The translations under genes and the position numbers were made by a program. The notes under the pieces are model-generated. The model made no database searches. It was not told where the DNA came from and saw only the letters and a program-made list of their open reading frames with translations. Source: Antedon mediterranea (Eukaryota; Animalia; Echinodermata). Taken from it: 64,000 nt of DNA. The stretch spans positions 27,500,912 through 27,564,911 of the forward strand of contig NC_092675.1 in NCBI RefSeq assembly GCF_964355755.1, given 5' to 3'. Positions 51,899 through 64,000 of the stretch are shown here, piece by piece; position 1 is the stretch's first letter; each line of letters opens with the position of its first letter.

Positions 51899-54800
51899 TC
51901 ACATTTCGTACTCAGACAGCAGCTTCTCCTGCAACGGAAGTACTTTATCCCGCCAACATATTAATTCATCAATTTTCATATCTGTAAATGAAATATCTTC
52001 ATTATAGCTGATTTCGTCATCCGGTGGTTCTGTAATCGGAACTGAGTTGTCTACATACGTATAGTAATGTCCAATTACGGCAAATATTCCCGTATTTACG
52101 AGCAAAAGAACGGCTAACAGGATGTAGTAGCGTTCTAGATAACCATCGTTGATTTCATCTGGATACCATTCGTGACCTATAATTTTAAAATAATAATTGT
52201 TTTTGTTGCCTCTTTTACATATGTACATATTTATATTAACTTTTTTTTGTATGTATTTTGGTGTTTATATATATTTTAACAACTTAATGTCACAGAGCCC
52301 ACACATTATTGTCATTAGTGTGACTCTTCGTAGAAACCTTAAAATTTTCACCGATGCCCCTGTCACACGTATGGAATCTGGACGAATTCTTTTCTTTGAA
52401 TCCATTTTTATATAAACGTATCGTAAACCACATTTATTTGTCAACAAGATACGAACCTTTTGTTGCAGCATTAACGATGATGACCAGTAAAGAACCTAAA
52501 TAACTTCCTAGGCCAGCTGTAAAAAGAAACAATCCAAGCAGAACGCCCTGCAACACCTTTGGAGCCTGTGAATATGCAAACTCCATCCCTAGAAACGGAA
52601 CATAACACAAGCTTGTAATTTTCTCTTGCTATAAGAAAGAATTAACAGAAATTGTGCACGTGAATCGTGATATTTAGCTTAAAATTATTTTTATTACACT
52701 CACCAGTAATGCTTGTGAGAATTTCACTTGCGCCAAAAATAAAATACTGTGGAATTTGAGCGAATACTGTCATAGTAGATGCATTGTATGACGCATTAAC
52801 AATAATTTGATCTGTATAGCCACCGTTATCCATAATGTTTTTTCTGCTAACTTCAACACCAGCGGCCACTATCATTGCTATGGCACCTAAGAACATCCCA
52901 AATCCTAAAAATAAAACAAATTAAATTTTAATTTGCTAGTAAGTCTATATTTTTAACTTCAAGCAAATCCCTTTGGCCATTTCGATGTAGTCCTGAAGCT
53001 CAAGTACCTCTTTTCAAGGAATCTGTGAGCGGATTTGGTGCTGACTACATTATTACAATATAGTGTCCACCACTTCAGCCTTACCAATGCCTAGGTGAGA
53101 TCATGGGAATGTTGACCGACAAGTACACTATATTAAAATCCAATGTCAAATAATAGTGCTTGCCTTCTAAGCCCAAGGTCCTGGGTTCAATCCTGACCTA
53201 GTACCAGGGTTGTAATTCACGACTCTTTCAACTCCACTCCCAAGCCTAAAATGAGCCTTATAAGCACGGTAGTTTATCCATCCTGTAATTGACGAGTTTT
53301 CTTGCGTATTCGTGATATAATAATATATATCAAAAAAATACGATTCGGGTCCGTTATTGGAGACCTTTCTCATTTGGTATGGAAGGGATTTAAGACAACT
53401 TAATCAGTCAATCAATGAAAGGTTACAATGGTTTGAAAACCTCTAAGTTACAAGGATGATGTAATTTCATAGGCGTATTCATATATTGGTATAGGCCTAA
53501 AGCTAGAGTTTAAAACCAGGTTTGGTAAATAGTGTAGACTATCTATTAGGCTACTCTTCTCAGGTGAAAAAAACAAATCATCTTACCCATCCGCTTAAGC
53601 TGCGTCAGTTTGAAGCCCAAGTAGTCACATAATGGATATACTACAGTATCCATCAACGGAATCAAAAGCAAAAGACTAATTTTATTGAAAACGCTAAGCG
53701 ATGCAACGGGAAAGGTGAAGTCACCGTAGACCAGGTTCATCCTCTCTCCTTGGAGAACAAATGAAGTTTGCATCTGGAATAAAAGTACTTTCATTGTAAT
53801 ATATAATAAGTAATATACTATAACTCGTGTTCTTTCTTTCCTTTCATCAACATAGTTACGAATTATAATAAATCATCCTAATTAAACAGTTGTTGGTACC
53901 ATACCCAGTCTTCTTCGACGTATTCGTCACTAGTCATCATTTATAACTCACAGCTCAGAGATCTTAAGCAGAAAACCAAGTATGGCGTGCGAAGCTCAAA
54001 AATATAGTACCGTACCTGCACATACACTGTCCAGTACAACATTGTACCAAACAGCACTGGTATGATTCTTGCCATCAATTTCACTTCTTCTACATGCTTA
54101 CTTCGGAAAGTACCTCCATTTTCTTCCTTTGCCCGGTCAAGAAAACTTGAATTTTCCTCATCAGGTTTGCAGCTACTAGACGAAATTGCTTGACCAAGAA
54201 TGTTGAACATTCTTGAAAGTATGCTACCTGCAATTGACAAATATTGTTTTATTTTAACAATTTAAAAATGTGTAACATTATGAATAATATAAATTCAAAG
54301 TCAAACTACTGAAAGCATGACAATGCTGTGGCGGAATCTCAAATGAGATACAAATTGAACAAGAAAGATAAATAAACAGCCATGGCTAATGAGAGTACTT
54401 TATTACGAATAATAACTTTAAACGTTTCCTTATAGTCCAAAAAAACATTTTTTGGTGGCGTGGGATATAAATACGAGGAAACGCAATCACAATCGATTGT
54501 TCGGATGGATACATCATTTGATTATTATTATCAAATTATTTTCGCTATATCGTCCTTGCATTGTCACCTAGTACGACTCACCTTCTGGTGGTGTTGTTAT
54601 ATATTTTTTTCTTCCAGCCAACAAAGCTAGGCCAGCAAATATAATAGAAGCAGCTGGAATTGTATAACCCCAAGCAAAGCTGATCTCTTGCTGAATATAA
54701 ACCACAATAGTGTAAGCAATAATCGATCCAATGTTGATGAACCAATAATACCTGAAAGAATGAAACATTATTTTGCCATAAGAGTAGTACTGCTATAAGT

Positions 54801-56004
54801 TTATCAGCTAAAATATTTATCGGTATTGGTTCTCTTAGTTTAGGACCATAATTCATCTATCCGTCATTTTGGGTGTATATATATAATGTATATATTTCAA
54901 AATGTGCGCAGCAATATTCTTGCCATAGGTTTACAGTTTACATTATTTCAAATGTATACTTTTCGTACCAAATCATAGTAATTTTAGAAGTTTACAAATA
55001 CCAATGTTCTTACCAATTAAAATAAGTTTGTATAACGCCATCTCCCAAGTCTTCAAGTTGTTGAACACCGAATGGGGAAACCGTTGTTTTGATTCCCCCA
55101 GTTCCGATAGCAACTAACGATAAAGCTAATAAATACAATATTCGCTGTTCAGATAAAGAAAGTCCTCCGCCGTTCAGTTTTTCGTAGTCAATCGAGATTA
55201 TAGGTAGAATGATTGTACCTACAATAGTTCAAATAGATAGAATTTTACTATTATTAATTTAATCAGTAATTAGTTCAACCAATGTATAAAAGTATAAGGG
55301 AAGTTGGTTTTGTGATGATAAAATGTGGCATATTCTAGAAAACTAAGCTTAGACATACTGTAATAATGGCATAATCAAATCAATATCAAAATACCATACG
55401 AATTTGCAGAGGTAATTTCAAATATATATTATATATATAATAGATTAGGCAGGCCAAACATGGACTAAAAATAGAAGGCCAACGCTTCAGATTCAAATTC
55501 AGATAATATTTATTTAGATAATAATGAATGAATATATACAAAATAGAAAAAAGATATTAAAGTGAACATAGATAAAGCAGTAATTGGTAGTCATTATTAT
55601 CATGGATCCCTTCTAGAAGTTAAAAACTTGACTCGTAGGGACCCACAACAAAACACATTACTAAAAAAATAAAAATAAACCTAGAATATATAATTATATA
55701 ATTTAGGATAAAAAATTACAGTATAATAACATAACTAACATCTTCTTTATAAAAATTATTTAAATTATATTTCAATAGTTTCATGATAATTATAAATGAA
55801 ATAAATACCGATATTGGTAAATGAAAAAAATATGTATACATAAATTATAATTTCATTCAGAACATGTATTTCTCTTTTCAATTAACAGAGTTTGTAAAAA
55901 AACAATTTTAAATAAGAGAGGCGAACCCCAGAAAGTGTAAACTTGTGGTGGGCTGCCAAAAAACAAAAAATATCAAAAAAATCATTAAAAAAAACCAAAG
56001 TAAA

Positions 56005-56042
<38 letters not shown>

Positions 56043-58839
56043 ATTGAAAATATCAATGAAATTTGAATTAATATTATTTAGGATTCAGTGATTATATGTG
56101 GATAATAGATGCCTTTTTAGCTTAAAAGTTTTTTTGTTGGCGATTCAGTTATGTATTTGGGTAAGTTGTTCCAATATTTTGGCCCTGAAAACTGAATGTT
56201 ATGTTGGAAAGATAGTGTTTTGTGTAATGGAATATGTATTTTATTTGAGGTTCTTGTGTTATGACTATGATAGTTGAAATTGAATTTGAACAGGGGTTGA
56301 AATTGAGCGGGGATTAGGGAATTTAACCAAGAGTATACAAAAATACATTGTTGAAGGCAATTTATATCGTAAATTTTTAAAAGGGAAAGGGATGCAAACA
56401 ACGGATCTGAGTGGGCTCTTGGAGGCGAGTCTGAAATGTTTCTAATACATTTTTTTTGTAGTAAAAGAAGTTTGTTTAGGTACGAGAGATAAGTGTTCCC
56501 GCAGACAATATTGCAATAGTGGAGATAAGGAAGAATAAGGGAGCAGTAGATAGTACGAAGGATGTTTTGAGGAATAAATGCTGAAAGTCTAAAAATAATA
56601 CCAGAACTTTTAGATATTTTGTTTTCGATTTCGTTAATATGGGCTTTCCAGGTCAATCTACTATCTAAATAGACCCCAAGAAATTTTGTTTTATTCACTA
56701 ATGGTATTTGGTAAGTGCCAAACTGGAGTTGGTTTGGGCATCCTACTAGTGGTTTGGCCGAATTCCGAAAAATCATAAAATTGCACTTCTTAAAATTTAC
56801 GGAGAGCTTGTTTGCAGAAAAGTAATCAAGGATGCTGGGTATGCTATCAATGGTAACTTTAAGGAGCGAGTCTAAATTTGTGTCAGTATATAGGAGGGTG
56901 GTATCGTCTGCATATAAAAGGAATGAAATTAAATTTGAGGATCGGTAAATATCATTTATATATAGCAAGAACAGTAGAGGGCCTAGCAGGGATCCTTGAA
57001 GGACTCCACATGTAATGGGTTGGAGATCGGATATGGATTGTTTAAATTTAGTGCATTGGTAACGGTTGGTCAGATAACTTTTATAAAGATTATACGCAGG
57101 GCCACGGATTCCATAATTAAATAATTTTGTCATTTAGGATATCATGGTCTATTGTGTCAAATGCTTTGGAGAGATCGATAAAAAGGCCAATTGCTAATTT
57201 GTTTTTTTCAAATGCTTGTACAATCTCGTTTGTTAATTTAAGAAGTGCAATAGATGTGTTATGATTCTTAAGGAAGCCAAATTGATTTTTGTATATTATG
57301 TTATTCTGCTGAAGAAATGTATATGTTCTGTCATAAATAAGACGTTCAAGAATTTTGGAGAAGATTGGCAGAACTGAAATGGGGCGGTAATTTCCAGGGT
57401 CGTGTTTATCACCGGATTTGAAGATCGGGGTAACTTTTGCTAACTTGAGACTATCGGGAAAGAAACCGTTTGATAAACATAAGTTAAAAATATAGCATAG
57501 GGGATCTGATATTTGATGAATAACTTGTTTGATAATAGATGGACTTATATCATCAATGCCAGGGGATTTGTCATTTTTGAAATTTTTAACTAAGTCGATT
57601 ATCTCATCGCTGATAACAGGACTGAGAAATATAGAATTTAGGATAGGAGGGGGAAGATAAGTTTTGTAGTTTACATTAGAAGTATTAATGTTTGATGCGA
57701 GATTAGGCCCAATATTTACGAAATAATTATTAAAGTGGTTGGAAATTGTAGTAGGGTCATCTGTAAGATTACCCCCGCAGTCAATTACAGATTCACCGTG
57801 ATCACTCACTACACGTTTTTTAATTAAGGTGTTTATAATTTTCCAAGTACCTTTAATGTCATCTCTTTTTTGGTAAAATTGATCTTCATAATAATCCTTT
57901 TTAGCTTTTTTTATTACAGAATTTAGTTTATTTCGAAATTTTTTGTATTCAATTATATTTCTATTAGTTGGGAATTTATGTATATACATTATATATAGTA
58001 TAGATTAAAGATTGCAATAATAAACAACAACTAATATTTTGTGTAAACATAAATAGTATGAGTATAAATAATGATAATAAGCATATTAACTAAGCACAGT
58101 ATAATATTTAGATATATAATGATTCTTTAACTTTTTTCGGAAAGTAAATAATGATATTGACGTTTTGTTATTTGGCGGGATATGATTCCACAAATTAAGA
58201 CCCGATATAGTTATAAAAAATTTAGTTTTAGTAAGTCTAGCAAAAGAAAAAATAATGAGAAGTTCTTAAATTGTAATTGTGAAATTTGGTACGTTTACAG
58301 AGCATATCAATCATAGAAATAGGAAGTTGGTTTTTAAAATAATTAAACATAAAACTGGCAACTTGAACATTGTGGACGCTATAGCATGGTAATGGTGAAA
58401 AGGATGACAATGAATTCGAATGGATTAAAACTATATTACATTGTACGAATAATTACAAACAAGTACGCTTACCAATTCCATAAATAAACAATGAACAAAA
58501 TATTGTTTTAAGTTTTCCCAAAAAAGAATCACTTATAAGTCCGCCAAAAAGAGGTGTGGTGTAAACAAATCCGGTAAAAACTAGCGATATTGACGAAGCA
58601 GCCGCACTGCTATAGTCTAGCTCGATTGTTAAATACAACACAAGATTTCCAACGATTCCGTAATAAGTTAACCGCTCACAGAGCTCACAGAGTAGAATAC
58701 ACAAGACAACAAAGTATCGGTTACTGAAAGAATCGGGTTTCTTTTTGTCCTCTTCATCTTCACAACTTGAATAAGTACATTTTGTATTTGAAAGAAGCAA
58801 TGTCTTCTCATCATCGGTAAACTCTAAGCTCATACCCAT
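51899..58839 (-). CDS. SLC15A4-like transporter, copy 3 (583 aa)
   Basis: Exons: 58473-58839, 55014-55218, 54582-54751, 54016-54227, 53587-53773, 52704-52904, 52457-52588, 51899-52176, summing to 1752 nt in frame. ELCERLTYY, GTGGIK and WYYWFINIG are retained, with a DEKTLL dileucine. Confidence 0.9.
55487..57989 (-). mobile_element. 5'-truncated non-LTR retrotransposon (CR1/L2/Crack-like RT) in intron 1 of copy 3
   Basis: Motifs: NYRPISVLP, QFGF, FIDLSKAFD, GVLQGSLLGPLLF, YADD, KFLGV. There is a single-base frameshift near 57130 and no endonuclease domain. The T-rich 3' UTR ends in a hairpin (55605-55645), AATAAA and short CTGAAT repeats. Confidence 0.9.
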
Positions 58840-60112
58840 TCTGCACACTTTATAATATCAGTCTTTATTGAAGGTAAAGTCTAGGTCTGTCGATCGCGGA
58901 CAATATTCCGATGCTAAATTGGTTAATATGCAAAGTTCATGAAATAACTACCAGCCAAATATTTAATTATATATTCCTTTGGGTAGAATACAGCTCGATT
59001 ACCATAACATATTAAGTACAGGTCATTGTTTCACTTATTTCACTAAATAATTGTTATTTTGTATATTCTTTGTTTTGTAACAATAGTAGTTAATATTAGT
59101 TTGAACAGATTATACATAACACATTTATTTTCGACTGATAATAAAATGTATGTATACGTATGATAAATTCGTTCGCAATATGAAATTTTATGTCAGGATC
59201 ATCTTTAGAAATACGACAGCACTTATAAACACAAAATATATAAATGTAAAAAACAAGGTAACGTAACGTAACGTAAAATAAGACAAACAAAACAAGTATA
59301 ACAGTACAATGACCGAACAAGGTGAAAATCAGACACACAGCCTATTCAATTTGAATTTATTATTATATTTTGTAATAATTAGCAATCTAGATCATCATAC
59401 GTACAATAGTACACAGCAAGTTTAAATAATTTATGTCCAACATAGAAAATTAAGTTACTTAATTAAAACAAAAATGAAAATTAATAATTCAATTATTTTT
59501 CTAATACGATTCACTATTATTTTGACTAATAAAGCATGGACGATATCACAATGCAAGTTTTACGTAATTTTGTATGTACCTATATTGTGTTTATAATAAT
59601 ACGGGCAGTGATACCCGCATATCTTGATTAACACATGACATTTGATAATAAAAATGGTGGCTGATATTGAATTGTTTAAAAAAAAACTTTTTTTCTTTAA
59701 AATCGAAATGAAGCAAACATTTCAAACATTATGTAAAAATTGTAAATAATAAACTATATAAGCTACATTTTACTAGAACGTAACGCAAGGACGTAAACGC
59801 AAGCGTTTTAACCAATGACAATCGAAGTTATAGATAGTTAGCAATCACAAGCGAATAAGCCATCGCTTGTGATTGGTCAATTCACTTGCGTGTTGTGTCG
59901 CTAGTGGCAACCACGCTTTAGAGTCGATGATCGTTATCTAAAAACACTTAATAATAATAATAATAACAGGATTTTTTTTAGCGCACATACCACTCAAGAG
60001 TGCTCAAGGCAAAAAAAAAAAAAACAAAAAAAAACAAAAACAAATCATACAAATGCCTGACAAATAAAATGCAATTTCTTTGGAGGGTCCCCATCCGTTC
60101 TCGTTCTGTCGC

Positions 60113-61060
60113 GGTCCCGGACGCGATTTTTTTTTTCGTACATAAGTTGGGGACCCCCTCATGAAACGTCACAAAATAAACATGAATAATTCATCAGTTA
60201 AATTTTCTTGTTCCGGGTTCACCCAAGCGTATAGTGATTGTATAGTATTGTGATTACACAAGTGGGGTACGATTCTAGGCCTATCTCCGCTGTTGTTGCG
60301 GCGTGCGATTTCATAGAAGAATAGCGGCGTTTTGTGTGGATTGTCGAAATAATCAGCCTTTAGTTTATGATGTTTTTAAATAATTTATTACTAAAGAATT
60401 ACGTGTTAAAATTATAGTTTCTATTAATACTATTAGGCCTAATTATTAGTCTCTAAACTCATGTCTATTCTAGTAGTAGCTGTGTGGGTGTGTGTGACGT
60501 GTGTGTGTTAGGTATGACCAAAGATAGTTACACTATCTTTGGTATGACACAATCCGAGTAATAAGTCAGCAAAATTAAACAATAAACATTACACAAAAAT
60601 ACATTTTTTATTCTCGTGGGTTAAATCTTCCCATCTCATGTGTTCATATACGCGCATTTCCTCTGAGTACATGCATATTGTTTGATAATAAAATAGCAGA
60701 ATTAAAGAAATACAGTACACAAATTATACACATTCTTTATTCTTGTGGGTCTAAGCTTTCTTTGGGCTATGTCCAATGAATTACTACTTAGTTCAATGTC
60801 TTGCCCAGCTGTCGATTAGCCTCGACTCGACAAATTTTGTGTGAAGAAGAGTGCGCGAAGGCAATCGCGTGAATTGACTTAGAATCCTAGGCCTACTGTT
60901 GAAAGTATCGTATCGCAGTTGTGTAATCACTTCTTGTTGCTATACGCTTGGGTGTACACAGAACAACAAATTTAACTGATGAATTATTCATGTTTATTTT
61001 GTGACGTTTCATGAGGGGTCCCTAACTTATGTACGAAAAAAAAATTCGCGTCCCGGACCC
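60113..61060. mobile_element. foldback-like element with ~120-bp inverted repeats, nested in a SINE/LINE-tail insertion (about 59950-61105)
   Basis: 60113-60235 and 60938-61060 are reverse complements. The whole 59950-61105 block is missing from the paralogous position near 51470. Confidence 0.75.
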
Positions 61061-61545
61061 CTACCTAGGTGACCAAACAAAGGAACAGGATACGCATTTG
61101 TCTTGACACACTTCATTCACGAATAATATAAAACTAATGATAAAGTAAGGTAATGTACTAAAATATTATCTATTTATAATAAAATAATTTTAAAATAGGC
61201 TTCTACGTCACGTGTCATATAATCCTTGTTACAGTTACAGTATAATATGAACATTCCGAGAAAAATAAATATTGCTACTAATTACAACCATTATCTATGG
61301 CAAGGCACTTGGTTGGAATAGATAGTGCTTTTGTGGAGGCCGCCCGCATCGTAGGAAGATGTAATTAATTTAAATATAGCAAACAAGCTTTTCCTGGACG
61401 ATACAATCACGTGGACATCAAGAATGATTAGATAGTGCATTCCTTTATTCTCAACAGGTCTTTCTTTTCTTTCTTTCGTGGTTTGACAAAGGCATTGTTC
61501 TCTTCTGCCTCTGTTCACCTCTTAGGCCTACATTTTACACCCTGT

Positions 61546-61823
61546 TCACATTTCGTACTCAGACAGCAAGTTCTCCTGCAACGGAAGTACTTTATCCCGC
61601 CAACATATTAATTCATCAATTTTCATACTTGTGAATGAAATATCTCCATTATAGCTGATTTCGTCATCCGGTGGTTCTGTAATCGGAACTGAGTTGTCTA
61701 CATACGTATAGTAATGTCCAATTACGGCAAATATTCCCGTATTTACGAGCAAAAGAACGGCTAACAGGATGTAGTAGCGTTCTAGATAACCGTCGTTGAT
61801 TTCATCTGGATACCATTCGTGAC
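61546..61823 (-). CDS. last exon of SLC15A4-like copy 4 (gene continues beyond the window)
   Basis: GHEWYPDEINDGYLERYY...LLSEYEM* is nearly identical to 51899-52176. The window ends on the gttcgt donor of the preceding exon, matching 52451-52456. Confidence 0.85.
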
Positions 61824-62012
61824 CTATAATTTAAAAATAATAATATTTAATGTTGCCTCTTTTAGATAATGTACATTTTTATATTAACTTGTATTTTTTG
61901 TGTGTTTTTCACTTGTAATTTTATATGTTTTTATCTATATACACCTTTTTAAATATTTTATAAATTGTACATCACATGCAATTTTACTACTGCCAGTTGT
62001 GATTGTTTTTTT

Positions 62013-63607
62013 AGGTGATCATTTAGAATAAAATGATCACCTATTGTTATTGTATGAAATCTTTATTCTTCTTTTTCTTATTCTTATTATTTATTTCTCT
62101 CTGTACAAATTTGTGTAACAATTATCTCAAAAAGTTTAATGTAAATGATTACCAAAATTTTACAATGTCTTTCAAATACTGTAACTTAGTCCTAATAAGC
62201 TTTTCAGCGTGATCACTCATCCATGACGTCGCGTATACGCCATTTTGTGAAATCACATTGTCAATCATATCTCCATAATTCATTATCACATATTAATGAA
62301 ATTCACTACACGTAAACTTCAGGTCAAAGGTAAAAGTATTAGCAAATAAAAAATTGCGTGTTTCAAGGTCATGCGCGTGAAATCGCGCATTAAAATTTTA
62401 AAAAGCTCAAAATTAAGTTTTGATCAATTTAGAGCATGAAATAGGCCATTTGCGTGTTTCAAAAAATTACTGCGCAAAAACATATTTTTGGCTACGCGAG
62501 TTTTAAAAAGCGTAAAAAATAAAATTTGATGTATACATCACATTCTACTCACAATCCTTAGTACATTCTCCAACTTTGAGTCCATTCCGACTTAAAATAA
62601 CGCTATACAAGCACGGTAAATATGACAAAATGCGCACATTAAATGTACAAAAGTGCTAAAAATGGTAAAAAGTAGGGCCTTTTTAAAATGAATATAACTT
62701 TTCAGAATGAAAGGTGACCCCAATTTTTTTAACTTATTATGGAAGCCAATGAGTTGTATAAATAAATGTATATACACAGTAGACGTACAAAATGGTATGA
62801 CGTCATCATTTGGCCACATGAATTTTGAAAATAGGGGTTTTTCCCCTTTTGTCATAGACCACCATATTCAACAGAGCGCAACTCGCTTATCTGTTATCGA
62901 TTTTCTTTTAATTTTTAACACATTCTACCTCAACCAATTATGTTACTTATAAGTTGCCAATATTTTCTTTTGGATAACGTTATCATGTCTTAAAATTTAA
63001 ATAACGGTGGTTACGTAATTTTACCTACAACGTATATTTGAATACCTTACAGCTCTTCTGAATTAAAGTTGACCTCGATGTTTATAATTTAGTATGATAG
63101 CTGGTGAAATGTAGATATGAATTCATACAAAAATTAAGCCTATCAGATGTTGTGACGTTATCATATGGCCAGTTGAAGTTAAAAAGTAGTTTTTTCATAT
63201 CTTTCGTAAAAGTTATACAATTTTTAAAGAGCGCGCACAGCCCTTCTACGTGCCAAATTTTCTTCCAATTGTTATATTTTATTGCTAAATTCATTATTTT
63301 TCAATATTGTTGTCCACAAGTTTTTTTTGATAATGTCATTAGTGCCAAAAACTTAGAACATGATGTGTGTCCGTAATTTCACCTATGCTACACTGTATAT
63401 AGATATACACAGTACAGTATATACTGTACATATTGTATTATGGCATATAATAGGCACAACTCAGCACTATAAGCGTATAATAGGATGGCATACATCAACA
63501 TTTTCCGATTGTATGTTAACATACGTGCATGTTTCAAAAATATGAATGTCAATAAAATGATAAAAATGATCACCTATAATTCGTCAAAGTGACGAATTAA
63601 ATTCTAG
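62013..63607 (+). mobile_element. Helentron-associated non-autonomous element (HINE/DINE-1-like)
   Basis: The 5' end has a palindromic subTIR AGGTGATCATTT..AAATGATCACCT followed by a TTC/TTA microsatellite. The 3' end has the subTIR (63564-63575), the hairpin TAATTCGTCA-AAG-TGACGAATTA and CTAG. It is inserted in a T-run and is absent from the paralogous intron of copy 3. Confidence 0.8.
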
Positions 63608-64000
63608 TTAATAAACTTGAATTTGAATTAAAATTTAGAATTAGTTGATATTGATAGTTAAAACGAACACGAATGATATAACTATCCAGAAAAGGATTTC
63701 ATTTATCTTCTTTGATGTAATTTTGTATGAGATTGCCCACTTTTTTTTGTAAAAATGAAAGGCGTCTCTAAAAGCAACAACTAAAATAAAACAAACATTC
63801 GTCTTTATATTTACTTGTTTATATATTTTTTAAAAACTTAATGTCACAGAGCCCACACTGTCAGTGTGACTCTTCGTAAAAACCTTACATTTTTCACCGA
63901 TGGTCCCCTGTCACACGTATGGAATCTGGACGATTCTTTTCTTTTCATCCATTTTTATGCAAACGTATCGTAACCAACATTTATTTGTCAAGATACGAAC

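Noticed and set aside
53151-53215. tRNA gene (GGTTCAATCC box B)
   Set aside because: There is no complete cloverleaf or acceptor stem; it is likely a decayed SINE head.
56006-56040. Poly(A) tail of the LINE
   Set aside because: It is on the wrong strand: it is a poly(T) tract in the 3' UTR of the minus-strand element.

Overview
AT-rich, intron-rich animal genomic DNA, probably from an invertebrate deuterostome such as an echinoderm (inferred from protein and repeat character). The left half (232-28200, minus strand) is a complete 2-oxoglutarate dehydrogenase E1 gene (OGDH). Its 21 coding exons, all GT-AG, join into a 999-aa ORF. It carries two paralogous, mutually exclusive 'IRGH' exons (97 and 103 nt) that the ORF track misses. 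Head-to-head with OGDH is an SLC15A4-like (POT/PTR) transporter gene on the plus strand with two alternative, paralogous first coding exons. A minus-strand tandem array of its duplicates follows: one relic, two complete ORFs and one copy running off the window. One intact duplicate has lost the ExxER/K proton-coupling residues, has a tandemly amplified splice donor, and hosts a BEL/Pao LTR element with apparently identical LTRs but a broken pol. The introns also hold a 5S rRNA-derived SINE, tRNA/Deu-like SINEs, LINE remnants, Helitron/Helentron-type elements, several MITE families and probable excision footprints. All coordinates were read by eye and no database searches were run.
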